This document shows, piece by piece, positions 37,912-48,275 of a stretch of 64,000 nt of DNA. The position numbers and the translations under genes were made by a program. Numbering within the stretch: position 1 is the first letter of the stretch; every line of letters begins with the position of its first letter. This DNA comes from a virus (Duplodnaviria > Caudoviricetes): IMG/VR virus record IMGVR_UViG_3300027419_000029, positions 6,330 to 70,329 of that record. One strand, given 5' to 3'. The notes beneath the pieces are model-generated. The model was not told the DNA's origin. It was given only the letters and a program-made list of their open reading frames with translations, and did not search any database.

Positions 37912-38499
37912 ATGGAATTAATCAATGAAATAAGATTTGAAGATGAAACAGAATTTTTCAACGACTTGACTAGAGAAATGGATCGGCATCTAAAACCATC
38001 ATCTAGGATGTTGCTTGAGCATATTGGTGATGGTACATATATATGTAGCAAGTTCAGAGGAGTTTATCCTATTAGATTCCCTGGTAGTACAAGAGGGCAT
38101 ATATCTTTAGATGAAAGCAACTGCATCACTGGTGTTCATCTTTACGATACAGCATGTGGTGATTGCGTAGGCGTTTATGAGCAAAGTGTAAATGACATTT
38201 TTGAAAAGTACATTGGTGCCAAGATTATTGATTATTGTAATGAAAATCATAATAGGGGTGGAGTGGTTTTATGTGCTGGAACTGGACGTGCAGTAATGTC
38301 ATCCATTGATTATGTTATTCAACCATCTATAGCTAAGGAACTTGCAGAATTAACATTATTAGCAGCACCATTTGGGATTAACATACTTCCTAATATGTCA
38401 AATGCAGGCAGATGCACTAGAGATACTGATGGTAAGTGCAGTTACTTTAAAAGGCCTTGTAACAGGAAAGCAAGTTGCAAGAAGTATTTGGGAGCGTGA
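37912..38499 (+). CDS. Hypothetical protein
   Basis: Long ORF; ATG 37912 after RBS. Confidence 0.5.
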   Translation: MELINEIRFEDETEFFNDLTREMDRHLKPSSRMLLEHIGDGTYICSKFRGVYPIRFPGSTRGHISLDESNCITGVHLYDTACGDCVGVYEQSVNDIFEKYIGAKIIDYCNENHNRGGVVLCAGTGRAVMSSIDYVIQPSIAKELAELTLLAAPFGINILPNMSNAGRCTRDTDGKCSYFKRPCNRKASCKKYLGA

Positions 38500-38503
38500 T
38501 TAA

Positions 38504-38731
38504 ATGAAAACCCCCATGGAAGCATACATAATTTACTCAGTGGTTGTTGCAATAATCTTCCTTATATTTAGATATAAATTTGGAAGGCCAAAGGATTGCA
38601 GAGATTGCGTACATTACGATTACTCACCACCTGAACCCAATAATCCATATGGTGACGAACTTTGTAATCATTGCTTATTTGAATTAGCAGGGGATTACAC
38701 TGTATGTAAAGATTTTAAGGAGCGTGACTAG
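38504..38731 (+). CDS. Small membrane-anchored Cys-rich protein
   Basis: TM helix plus CRDCVH...C..C. Confidence 0.45.
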   Translation: MKTPMEAYIIYSVVVAIIFLIFRYKFGRPKDCRDCVHYDYSPPEPNNPYGDELCNHCLFELAGDYTVCKDFKERD

Positions 38732-39196
38732 ATGAACTTTCTCACATGTAGGAAGTGTGGAACAAAGTTAATGGGAGTTGATGCAAGGCTTAATGACATA
38801 TATGAGTATAGATTAGAACTGCAAAGTGAATTAAAAAAAATTGGCAATAATGAAAAATTAAAAAAGAGGGTAAAAGAATTACATATTGAGATTGATAACA
38901 TAAATAGGCAACTAGGTAGGGAAAAGAATATTGCACATCTAGAAAGTAGGTTAAACGATAGAAGCGCACCACTTGTTGAAGCACTTAAAGAATATGTCAG
39001 CCGTGATCAATTCTTAAATGCAGTCAAAATTGCTGACAGGAAGAACGCAGAATATGAACAACGATTGAAAGAAGAACGTAACCGACTTTATGGTTTTGCA
39101 AAGGATATCTCAGAGAGAAGAAGCAATAGGAACTCTGGTGGTTATGTTGATAGAACAGCAAGTGAAGCGATTAGAAATGTTGACAGGAGGCGATAG
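38732..39196 (+). CDS. Hypothetical coiled-coil protein
   Basis: 154 aa, N-terminal CRKC. Confidence 0.5.
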   Translation: MNFLTCRKCGTKLMGVDARLNDIYEYRLELQSELKKIGNNEKLKKRVKELHIEIDNINRQLGREKNIAHLESRLNDRSAPLVEALKEYVSRDQFLNAVKIADRKNAEYEQRLKEERNRLYGFAKDISERRSNRNSGGYVDRTASEAIRNVDRRR

Positions 39197-39199
39197 AAA

Positions 39200-39514
39200 T
39201 TGGAAATATGGATTAGAAGCCAGGATAGATTAAATCTTATATTAGTTTCAAGGCTAACTGCAGCTAAAGAGATTGACATTACAGGAAAGTCAGTAGCTGA
39301 TAAGTTTACAATCCGAACTATGTACAACCATACAAACATGGATAGATATTTTGAAACCTTAGGAAGTTATGAGACAAAAGAGCGTGCAATAGAAGTTTTA
39401 GATGAAATTCAATCTTGCATTATTCGTTCAGCTGAGAAAAAAAGTAAGCAACCTGATATATATACAAGCTATTGGAATAATGTTTTTGCGGTTTACCAAA
39501 TGCCAAAAGAATAA
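39200..39514 (+). CDS. Hypothetical phage protein
   Basis: WIRSQD...LGSYETKERAIEVLDEIQ...VYQMPKE. Confidence 0.55.
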   Translation: MEIWIRSQDRLNLILVSRLTAAKEIDITGKSVADKFTIRTMYNHTNMDRYFETLGSYETKERAIEVLDEIQSCIIRSAEKKSKQPDIYTSYWNNVFAVYQMPKE

Positions 39515-39527
39515 AGGAGTGAAGCCC

Positions 39528-40055
39528 TTGAACTACATAAGGTATCACGAAGTAGAGTATTTATTTAAAAAACATCATACCCTAGAAGCTATCCTAGAAA
39601 GTCTTTCAAGAGAGCTCATTTTACTTTCTAGGGAGTTGGATGAGGATTATATCTCTGGTGCTCTTTTTGGTGGTGGTGATGGCATTAATGTTCAATCAAA
39701 TAAGATAAGTGATAGCACAAGTAGAATAGCCATTGAGCATCGAAAAGATATTAACTCTGACTATTTTACAACAAGAGCTGAAATCAAAATTGAACTAAAT
39801 CTTATATCAATTGTCTTGGACAAGCTTAATATTGCTTATAGGCAGCTCCCACACATCCAACATGAAATTCTAAGATTATACTACTGGGAAGAAAAAAATT
39901 GGGATGAAGTCATTGATTCAATCAAAAAGACAAAGGGATTTATTGTTAAGAAAACAGCTCAACGTTATAGAACACAGGGGATAGAAAGAATAAAAACAAT
40001 CGCAAAGATAGACATTGATAGTTACCAACAAGTAGTTAAATTCTTAGAGAAGTAA
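39528..40055 (+). CDS. ArpU/RinA-like transcriptional activator
   Basis: SDSTSRIA...EILRLYYWEEKNWDEV C-terminal HTH. Confidence 0.6.
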   Translation: MNYIRYHEVEYLFKKHHTLEAILESLSRELILLSRELDEDYISGALFGGGDGINVQSNKISDSTSRIAIEHRKDINSDYFTTRAEIKIELNLISIVLDKLNIAYRQLPHIQHEILRLYYWEEKNWDEVIDSIKKTKGFIVKKTAQRYRTQGIERIKTIAKIDIDSYQQVVKFLEK

Positions 40056-40069
40056 GGACGGGTGATAAA

Positions 40070-41014
40070 GTGGCTAGACCAAATAAGGATGGAATTGATT
40101 ATTTTCCGCTAGATGTAAAGTTTGATGATGAAGTCCATATTATTACTTCGAAATTTGGGCCACAAGGTTTAGGAGTGCTGGTTATTTTGTGGCAAATAAT
40201 TTACAACAATGGATTCTTTCTTCAATGGTCTGAGCGTGAATTGTTATTATATCGAAGCAGATTTAATGCTGACGTTGATCTGATAAATGATGTAATTAAT
40301 GAATGCATAGAATGGGAAATTTTTAGCAAGTCAATCTATAAAAAGTATGGGGTTTTGACTTCTAAGGGTATTCAAAAAAGATACATTGAAGCAACTTCAA
40401 GACGCAAAGAAGTAACCTTTGTTAAAGAATATTTATTAGTTGATTTTAAAGATAAATCTTTTGAAAACTACATGAAGCGAGTAAATGTTGTCATTAACTC
40501 GTTAGGTGATAACATTTATGCAGCTAAAGAGGACATAAATACTGATATCAAGATTGATGAGGGCATAATTGGACAACCAAAAAATTCTGAAGAACCTAAG
40601 CCATTAAAATCGAAAAAGCCCATTCAACCTAAGAAGCCTAAGAAAAAAGCTGAACTAACGAAGGCTCAGATGGAACTGTTTGAGAAGTTTTGGGAAGTGT
40701 GGCCTAAGAAAGTAAGTAGGGGGCAAGCTGAAATAACTTGGGAAAAGCTAGATGCTAATACCGAATTTACTAATCAGATTATTGAAGGTGTTAAGCGATC
40801 AATAAAAGGTGACAGTCGGTTCAAAGAAGGATTTACCCCACATGCTTCTACATGGCTCAATGCTAAGGGTTGGCTAGATGAATTTACAGATGATGGGAAA
40901 AAGAAGCCTGAACCTTCTAATAAATTCATCAACTTTGAGCAAAGAGACTATGACTTTGACAAGATTGAGAAAAAGGCTATGGAAATGGTATTGAATGAGA
41001 ATGGTGGTGTGTAG
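40070..41014 (+). CDS. Phage replication initiator (DUF4373-like N-terminus)
   Basis: MARPNKDGIDYFPLDV...LTSKGIQKRY...FEKFWEVWPKK...HASTWLN. Confidence 0.85.
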   Translation: MARPNKDGIDYFPLDVKFDDEVHIITSKFGPQGLGVLVILWQIIYNNGFFLQWSERELLLYRSRFNADVDLINDVINECIEWEIFSKSIYKKYGVLTSKGIQKRYIEATSRRKEVTFVKEYLLVDFKDKSFENYMKRVNVVINSLGDNIYAAKEDINTDIKIDEGIIGQPKNSEEPKPLKSKKPIQPKKPKKKAELTKAQMELFEKFWEVWPKKVSRGQAEITWEKLDANTEFTNQIIEGVKRSIKGDSRFKEGFTPHASTWLNAKGWLDEFTDDGKKKPEPSNKFINFEQRDYDFDKIEKKAMEMVLNENGGV

Positions 41015-41017
41015 AAG

Positions 41018-42172
41018 TTGGGAATTGGCAGGAATTGGACCGATGAAGATATACAATATCTTGAAGACAATTGGGGTGTTATATCAATCAACACTATCGC
41101 TGAAAATCTAGATAGAAGTATAAATGCCATAAATATTAAGAAGAATAAAATGGGACTTGGAGCATTTCTTAATAACGGTGAATATATAACCTTTAATCAA
41201 TTAATTGTAGCCCTTGGTAATAAAAGTTATTCATATAAAGAAACATCATGGATACGAAATAGACAATTTCCAATAAAGTACAAGAGAGTATCTGAAAGCA
41301 GATTCAAAGTAGTATATCTTGAAGATTTCTGGGAATGGGCGGAAAAGAACAGAACAATAATTGATTGGTCTAAGGTCGAAAAAAATGTTATAGGTGCAGA
41401 GCCTAGTTGGGTAGACATACAACGTAAAAGAGATTTTAACAGCCACAAGATAAATAAGTCTCAATGGACTAAGCTTGAAGAGGAAAAGCTTAAGGTATTG
41501 GTTAAACAATTTAGGTACACATACAGCGAAATTGCTCTTAAGTTGAACAGGACCGAGGGTGCAATACAGCGAAGAATATGCGATTTGAATTTAATCGAAC
41601 GTCCTTTAAAGGCAGATACTCACACGAAATGGACTAATGATGAATGTCTTAGACTTGGAGAAATGATTAAGCAAAGATTTAATTATGAAATGATGCTAGA
41701 TGAACTTAACAAGTCAGTAAAAGCAATCAGAGGTAAGGTTTATAATATGTATCTTACCGAGGACTTGGATAAAGTTTCGAGATTGATTGGAAATGGCGCT
41801 TGGGGTGATGGTAGACCAGAAAGAAAGATATCACATAGACTTTTGAATACCGAAGAAAAAGAACAAGTAAAAGAGGATATGACCAAGTTGGTTTTATTAC
41901 TTAAAGCTCGAATATGTAATCATTATGACGATCATGATTATTGGCAAAGAGAACTCTGCATGAACTGGGATAACGGATGTACTGCAGGTGAATCAAATTG
42001 TGATGCGTGCACGAGTTTTTATAGAATACAGCCCCAATACTGCAGAAGATGTGGTGCTACAATTTTAAAGCGATATAAGGAAAATATGTGTGATAAGTGC
42101 AAGGTTGATAGGAAAAAGCAATATCAACGAAAATGGATGGCATTAAATGGTAGAGAAAAGCAAATTAATTAA
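41018..42172 (+). CDS. Phage protein with repeated Myb/SANT-like helical units
   Basis: WTDED, WTKLE and WTNDE repeats. Confidence 0.6.
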   Translation: MGIGRNWTDEDIQYLEDNWGVISINTIAENLDRSINAINIKKNKMGLGAFLNNGEYITFNQLIVALGNKSYSYKETSWIRNRQFPIKYKRVSESRFKVVYLEDFWEWAEKNRTIIDWSKVEKNVIGAEPSWVDIQRKRDFNSHKINKSQWTKLEEEKLKVLVKQFRYTYSEIALKLNRTEGAIQRRICDLNLIERPLKADTHTKWTNDECLRLGEMIKQRFNYEMMLDELNKSVKAIRGKVYNMYLTEDLDKVSRLIGNGAWGDGRPERKISHRLLNTEEKEQVKEDMTKLVLLLKARICNHYDDHDYWQRELCMNWDNGCTAGESNCDACTSFYRIQPQYCRRCGATILKRYKENMCDKCKVDRKKQYQRKWMALNGREKQIN

Positions 42173-42183
42173 GAAGGTGACAC

Positions 42184-43170
42184 ATGAAAACAATAGCATT
42201 AATTGATTTTGATGGTAAGATACCAAACTTAGCATTAATGAAGTTATCTACATATTATAAAGCTCTTGGGTACATGGTTGTTTTACTTAATCAATACGCA
42301 AAAGGTAATTTTGATAAGGTGTTCTGCTCAGTTCTCTTCACATGGAATAAAGCAAAAGCAGAAAAGCTTAAATATATCTATCCCAATATAGAATTTGGTG
42401 GTACCGGTTGGGATATTTATAAAAAATTACCTGATGCAATTGAAAAATGCAGTCCAGATTATGATCTATATTCAGTTGAGTTCCTTGAAAAGCGAACCAA
42501 AGGCATTATGACAAAACATTCAAGGCATGAAAAAGCTAAAGTTCTTTCCAAAATGGGTATTGGATTTACGTCTAGAGGTTGTGTTAGAAATTGTGCGTTC
42601 TGCTTTGTTCCAGAGAAAGAGGGTAAGTTCCATCAGGTGGCAGAGATTAAGGATATTATTAATCCTAGATCAAAAGTGATTACATTGCTAGACAATAATT
42701 TTACAGCGGATCCATTTATGATTGATAAGTGCAAAGAGATTAAGGAACGTGATTTGATTGTAGATATTACTCAAGGTATTGATGTTAGGTTAATGACACC
42801 TGAGAAAGCCGAAGCCTTAGCAAGTATCAAGCACCTTAGAAGCGTCCATTACGCATGGGATTTAATGAAATATGAGAACATTGTTTTTGAGGGAATAAAG
42901 ATACTTAGTAAACAAATTAAACCTTATACCCATTTGTGTTTTATGTTGGTTGGATTTGATACAAGCTTTGAAGAAGACAACTATCGCCTATGGAAAATAC
43001 ATGAGTTAGGAATCACACCATATGTCATGATTTTTAATAAAAATGAAGCAAATAGTTTAAGACTTAAACATTTTGCAAGATGGGTTAATGGCCATTTCTT
43101 TAAGAACGTTCCATTTAGCAAATATGAACCATGGGTAAAGGCTCAAAGTGAGCAGATGACATTATTTTAA
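42184..43170 (+). CDS. Radical SAM protein
   Basis: RGCVRNCAFCFV (CxxxCxxC). Confidence 0.9.
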   Translation: MKTIALIDFDGKIPNLALMKLSTYYKALGYMVVLLNQYAKGNFDKVFCSVLFTWNKAKAEKLKYIYPNIEFGGTGWDIYKKLPDAIEKCSPDYDLYSVEFLEKRTKGIMTKHSRHEKAKVLSKMGIGFTSRGCVRNCAFCFVPEKEGKFHQVAEIKDIINPRSKVITLLDNNFTADPFMIDKCKEIKERDLIVDITQGIDVRLMTPEKAEALASIKHLRSVHYAWDLMKYENIVFEGIKILSKQIKPYTHLCFMLVGFDTSFEEDNYRLWKIHELGITPYVMIFNKNEANSLRLKHFARWVNGHFFKNVPFSKYEPWVKAQSEQMTLF

Positions 43171-43205
43171 ATAACATTTCCAGTTCGGAGAAAGGATATT
43201 AAATT

Positions 43206-43583
43206 ATGACAAAGCAAATCGAAGAATGCTTAAAAAGAATAAAACCACTGTTCCCATCAGCATTTGTAAACATGAATTTAGAATTGATTGTAGAACGCAA
43301 AAACAACATCTATTTCAGACTTGACAATATCGAAACGGAGTTGGAGTTCAAAAGAAAAATGATTGAATACGTTTCTAGATCATGTATTAAAGGAGTGCCA
43401 ATTGGATTGCAAAGAAAGCATTTATATGCAGTGAATGAATTTCTTGGTACTGATTTCAATTTTGAACAGATGGAGGCTATATACACTGAATTTGGTAATG
43501 GTTCTAACGAAACAAAATGCACAGACTTCATTGTAAGTGGATTTGATTTGAAGTTATTAAAGTATTACAGCCCTAAAGAATGA
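43206..43583 (+). CDS. Hypothetical phage protein
   Basis: 125 aa with RBS. Confidence 0.55.
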   Translation: MTKQIEECLKRIKPLFPSAFVNMNLELIVERKNNIYFRLDNIETELEFKRKMIEYVSRSCIKGVPIGLQRKHLYAVNEFLGTDFNFEQMEAIYTEFGNGSNETKCTDFIVSGFDLKLLKYYSPKE

Positions 43584-43600
43584 TTTAAGGAGCGGGAGAA

Positions 43601-44584
43601 ATGTACATACAGGATTATGAACTGAAGCTTCAACAATACGAATTTCATCAAAGAAAGTTTCTTCCAAAAGATATGAAATTATATCTGTCAAAAAGAAGGA
43701 TACGTGATTGGTATGAGCATTGGGAAGGAGATGTATACATAAGCTTCTCAGGTGGACTAGATAGCACCGTTATGGCACACATAATTCAAGAAGAATTGGG
43801 AAATAAAGTGCCTTTGGTATTTTGCAATACAGGATTAGAATATCCCGAAATAGTGAAATTCGTTAATACTTATGATGATGTAACAACCATTAAACCTGAT
43901 AAACGATATGACAAAGTTGTTAAAGAAGATGGATATCCTCTAATAAGTAAAGAAACTGCAGCTAAAATCAGAAAGTTAAGGCATGGAAATTTATCAGATA
44001 AGTACAGAAATTATTTAATGAATGGTGATGAAAGGGGTAAGTTAGGTAAGCTTTCTAATTGTTGGAAATTTTTGATAGATGCTCCATTTGATACATCTGA
44101 AAAATGTTGCGACATCATGAAGAAAACACCATTCAAAAAATATCATAAGGAAACTGGAAGATATCCATTTATTGGGATTACTCAAGATGAAGGCTATATG
44201 AGAGAGCGCAAATACAACAGGACAGGATGTAATGTTTATGATGGCTCAACTATAAAGAGTCAGCCATTGGGATTCTGGACAAAGCAAGATGCATTGAGAT
44301 ACGTAGTTGAAAATGGTCTAAAAATATCTAGTATCTATGGAGATATTATTGAAAGTAATGGGAAATACATTTTAACAGGTGAGCCAAGGACGGGGTGTAT
44401 GTTTTGTGCATTTGGCGTTCATCTCGAAAGTGAACCAAATAGATTTCAAAGAATGGAAATATCGCATCCAAATCAGTATAAGTACTGTATGAATCAGTTA
44501 GGTATGAAAGAAGTTTTGAAGTATATAGGTGTTCCTTATGAAGGAAATGGGCAGATGACAATAGCAGATTTCTTAGGAGTGTGA
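43601..44584 (+). CDS. PAPS-reductase-family (PP-loop) protein 1
   Basis: SFSGGLDS, CCDIMKK, RTGCMFC. Confidence 0.85.
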   Translation: MYIQDYELKLQQYEFHQRKFLPKDMKLYLSKRRIRDWYEHWEGDVYISFSGGLDSTVMAHIIQEELGNKVPLVFCNTGLEYPEIVKFVNTYDDVTTIKPDKRYDKVVKEDGYPLISKETAAKIRKLRHGNLSDKYRNYLMNGDERGKLGKLSNCWKFLIDAPFDTSEKCCDIMKKTPFKKYHKETGRYPFIGITQDEGYMRERKYNRTGCNVYDGSTIKSQPLGFWTKQDALRYVVENGLKISSIYGDIIESNGKYILTGEPRTGCMFCAFGVHLESEPNRFQRMEISHPNQYKYCMNQLGMKEVLKYIGVPYEGNGQMTIADFLGV

Positions 44585-44588
44585 GGTA

Positions 44589-46127
44589 ATGGCAGAAGAA
44601 AAGGTTAAACTAGAAGACTTAGTTAGTCAACTTAAAGAGCGATTTGAGAGACACAAGATAATATTGACAATAGGTACCAAAGACCCAAATTGGGAAGACG
44701 GCAGTGGTGCAAATATCGTTAGAAATCATATGTTCTACTTCAAAAGCAAGATTGAGTACTTTTGTGAAATCAATAAAGTTGAGCTGCCATCTGAATATTT
44801 TTGGACTGTCCCTGATGAGGTTGACCCTAAATACATGGCTAGAAAAAACGAGATTCTTGCTAATGCTAAAAAGTCTTTGAGTTTATATGAGAATAATGAT
44901 AATTATCGTTACCTACTTAAGGTGAATACAGAGGTCCTAGACAGTGGCCAAAAAGAGATCTTGAACAATGTATTAGGCTATGTTAAAGAGTTGATAAAGT
45001 CAATTGAAGATCTTAAATATGTTGAAATGAGAAGGCATGAAGATGCTGATAGATATTTAAGTTCATTCAGCAGTTTGAGAGAAAAGCTTGGTGATGTTGG
45101 AATTATAGAAGATAAATCATATTATTCGGTTGATCAAATCAAAAATAAAATATTCCTTGGCGATTGTCTTGAGCAATTAAAGTTAATTCCTGAGAAATCA
45201 ATAAATTGCAGTGTAACTTCCCCACCATATTGGGGACTTAGAGATTATGAAGTTGATGGACAAATTGGATTAGAAGATACTCCTGAAGAATACGTTGAAA
45301 AGATTGTGTCCGTGTTTAGAGAAGTAAAAAGAGTCCTAAAAGATGATGGAACTTTATGGCTTGTTATTGGTGATTCATATGCAGGCAGTGGAAAAGGACA
45401 ATGGGAATATGATAAAGGGCAAAAAGAATTATATGTTGCTACTAAAGAAAGTCCACAATGCAAGATACCAAAAGTTCCGGAAGGACTAAAAGAAAAAGAT
45501 TTAGTAGGCATTCCATGGATGGTTGCATTTGCACTAAGGGCTGATGGATGGTATCTAAGAAAGGATATAATTTGGGAAAAGCCAAATTGCATGCCTGAAG
45601 CTGTAAAAGATAGACCAACTTCATCTTTCGAATATATTTTTCTATTAGCTAAATCAAAGAAGTATTATTATGACTTTGAAGTAATTATGGAGAATTGCAT
45701 TAATGGTGACGCTAATCCACCAAGAGGTAGTGAAGGTGTTATTGGTAATTTAAATAATGGGAAGCGTGGGCCTGGCAACTGGGGAATTAAGCCAGTAGGG
45801 CTTCCTAACGAAAGTGAAAACAGGGGAACACCATCGGTAGCTGTGGCTGAAAGAAGAGAATTTCGTAATAAGCGATCGGTTTGGAATATAGCAACAGCTC
45901 ATAATAAGGAAGCGCACTTTGCTACATTCCCTGAGAAGCTAATAGAACCTTGCATATTAGCAGGATGCCCTATTGATGGTATAGTACTAGATCCTTTTAT
46001 AGGTTCAGGAACAGTTGCAAAGGTGGCTATTGAAAATGGGAGAAATTACTTAGGAATCGAATTAAACTCAAAGTATATCGACCTAGCTAGTAATAGGATT
46101 AAAGAAGTTCAATTAAAATTATGTTAG
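44589..46127 (+). CDS. N4/N6 DNA methyltransferase fused to an about 170-aa unknown N-domain
   Basis: TSPPY, HFATFP, LDPFIGSGT (beta class). Confidence 0.9.
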   Translation: MAEEKVKLEDLVSQLKERFERHKIILTIGTKDPNWEDGSGANIVRNHMFYFKSKIEYFCEINKVELPSEYFWTVPDEVDPKYMARKNEILANAKKSLSLYENNDNYRYLLKVNTEVLDSGQKEILNNVLGYVKELIKSIEDLKYVEMRRHEDADRYLSSFSSLREKLGDVGIIEDKSYYSVDQIKNKIFLGDCLEQLKLIPEKSINCSVTSPPYWGLRDYEVDGQIGLEDTPEEYVEKIVSVFREVKRVLKDDGTLWLVIGDSYAGSGKGQWEYDKGQKELYVATKESPQCKIPKVPEGLKEKDLVGIPWMVAFALRADGWYLRKDIIWEKPNCMPEAVKDRPTSSFEYIFLLAKSKKYYYDFEVIMENCINGDANPPRGSEGVIGNLNNGKRGPGNWGIKPVGLPNESENRGTPSVAVAERREFRNKRSVWNIATAHNKEAHFATFPEKLIEPCILAGCPIDGIVLDPFIGSGTVAKVAIENGRNYLGIELNSKYIDLASNRIKEVQLKLC

Positions 46128-46138
46128 GAGCGTGAGAC

Positions 46139-47866
46139 ATGAAAGAAATAGCAAAACTTATAGTAGATATATTCTCGGGTGGTGGTGGCGCCTCAGTTGG
46201 AATTGAAATGTCCACTGGTAGGGAGGTTGACATAGCGATCAATCATGATATGGATGCAATATTAATGCATAAAACAAATCATCCACATTCACAACATTTA
46301 CTAGAAGATATATGGGATGTAAGTCCATTGGAAGTAACAAAAGGTAGACAAGTTGGCTTATTATGGGCTTCTCCAGATTGTAAGCATTTCAGTAAGGCCA
46401 AAGGTGGAAAACCAAAAGATAAAAATATTAGATCATTACCTTTTGCTATTGTAAAGTGGGCTAGGCATGTGAGACCTGATGTAATTATAGCAGAAAACGT
46501 TGAAGAGATTCAAACATGGGGGCCACTTAATAAAAAAGGAATACCAATTGCTAAAAGAAAAGGTGAAACATTCAACCAATTCATTAGAAAACTTCGGAAA
46601 TTAGGTTATTCAGTCCAGTGGAGAGAACTAATAGCAGCTGATTATGGTACGCCTACAACTAGAAAACGGTGGTATATGATTGCACGGTGCGATGGAAAAC
46701 CTATTGTTTGGCCAGTACCAACGCATTCAAAAACTGGTGAAAATGGATTAGAAAAATGGGTTCCTGTATCAACGGTATTAGACTTTTCTGATTTAGGAAA
46801 ATCCATATTCGGACGTAAAAAACCATTAGCAGAAAACACAATGAATCGTATAGGAAGAGGTATGGATAAGTTTGTATTTAATAATCCAGAACCTTTCATA
46901 ATGCAAATTGGACAAGCTGGATTTACTAAGGAGAGAAACAAGACTATCCATGAACCTCTGACAACGATTGTTACAAAGAATGAACATTGCTTAGTAACGC
47001 CTCACATGATTCCAATTGGTTATGGAGAACGTAAAGGGCAACTGCCAAGAACGAATAGTGTTGAAGAACCATTAGGAACAATTGTATCTAGTGGAAAACA
47101 TTATTTAGCATCTCCAATTTTGATACAGTATCATTCAGAAACGTCCAAAGACTCAGTAAGGGCATATGAAGTTAAAGAACCAATAATGACGATTGATGCA
47201 AGCCCAAGATATGCACTAGCATCCTGCTTCTTGTCAAAATACTATGGTGGCACTTATAAAGGATCAGGTAGTGGAGTTGATGAACCAATCCATACAATAA
47301 CATCAAAAGATCACAATGCATTAATGGGTGTATTCCTAACAAAATTCTATAAGAGTGGAACAGGTCAAGAGGTTACTGAGCCACTACATACTATAACAAC
47401 ATCTGCTGGGCATTTTGGAGATGTAAGAATTTTAATGGTTGAGAAAGAAGAGGTTAGAAGCGAGTTTCGTGAAAAGTGCAATATGGTAGCAAGCTTTATT
47501 ATTCAATACTATAGTCAAGGTGTTGGACAATCATTAGATGAACCGTTACATACAATAGTCACAAAAGATAGGTTTGCACTGGTAACTATTTACGGTATAG
47601 ATTATGTGATTGTAGATATCACGCTCAGAATGTTGACACCTAATGAACTTTTTAAGGCACAAGGATTTCCTAATGATTACATAATTGATATGGATTATAC
47701 AGGTAGAGCTTATCCAATAGCAAAGCAAGTAGCAAGAGTTGGTAACAGTGTATGTCCTCAAATGGCAAAAGTATTAGTTGGAGCAAATTGTAGTTATTTA
47801 AAAACTGGTGAACGAGCTCCGAATATGAAAATTGATACAAGCCAATCACAATTAAGATTTGCGTAA
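46139..47866 (+). CDS. C5-cytosine DNA methyltransferase
   Basis: DIFSGGGG, SPDCKHFS, ENVEE, TTRKRW, RVGNSV. Confidence 0.9.
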   Translation: MKEIAKLIVDIFSGGGGASVGIEMSTGREVDIAINHDMDAILMHKTNHPHSQHLLEDIWDVSPLEVTKGRQVGLLWASPDCKHFSKAKGGKPKDKNIRSLPFAIVKWARHVRPDVIIAENVEEIQTWGPLNKKGIPIAKRKGETFNQFIRKLRKLGYSVQWRELIAADYGTPTTRKRWYMIARCDGKPIVWPVPTHSKTGENGLEKWVPVSTVLDFSDLGKSIFGRKKPLAENTMNRIGRGMDKFVFNNPEPFIMQIGQAGFTKERNKTIHEPLTTIVTKNEHCLVTPHMIPIGYGERKGQLPRTNSVEEPLGTIVSSGKHYLASPILIQYHSETSKDSVRAYEVKEPIMTIDASPRYALASCFLSKYYGGTYKGSGSGVDEPIHTITSKDHNALMGVFLTKFYKSGTGQEVTEPLHTITTSAGHFGDVRILMVEKEEVRSEFREKCNMVASFIIQYYSQGVGQSLDEPLHTIVTKDRFALVTIYGIDYVIVDITLRMLTPNELFKAQGFPNDYIIDMDYTGRAYPIAKQVARVGNSVCPQMAKVLVGANCSYLKTGERAPNMKIDTSQSQLRFA

Positions 47867-48203
47867 AATAAAACTAAGTACGAAGGAGGATGCCATGCGT
47901 AAAGCTCATAGAGAAATTGTATCAAGCAGAACAAAGCCACGAAAGTTTACAGGTAAATGTGAGTGCTGTGGTAAATCAATTTGCAGTTGTAGTGCCTATC
48001 AATATGTTGATGAAAGCAACGCATCAATTACCAACTCTTCACCTTGGTTATGTGCTAAATGCTACAGTCAAAAACATGGGGTAGCCATTAAAACTGATGT
48101 TGAAAACTATAAAGATTGGTTAGCTCAAAAGCTCATGTATTTCAATGGGAATGGTGTAGAACTTAACTTGGAAAACGTAATTAAGATATTAAAGTTATTC
48201 TAA
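47859..48203 (+). CDS. Cys-rich hypothetical protein
   Basis: CECCG...CAKC. Confidence 0.4.
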   Translation: MRKIKLSTKEDAMRKAHREIVSSRTKPRKFTGKCECCGKSICSCSAYQYVDESNASITNSSPWLCAKCYSQKHGVAIKTDVENYKDWLAQKLMYFNGNGVELNLENVIKILKLF

Positions 48204-48275
48204 ATGAAAATAAGTGCGAAGGACATTAATGTCCCTACCAAGAAAACATTTCCGTACTAGAAAGAAGGCGAGAAA

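Noticed and set aside
44589-47866. Restriction-modification system
   Set aside because: No cognate endonuclease is recognisable; these look like orphan phage MTases
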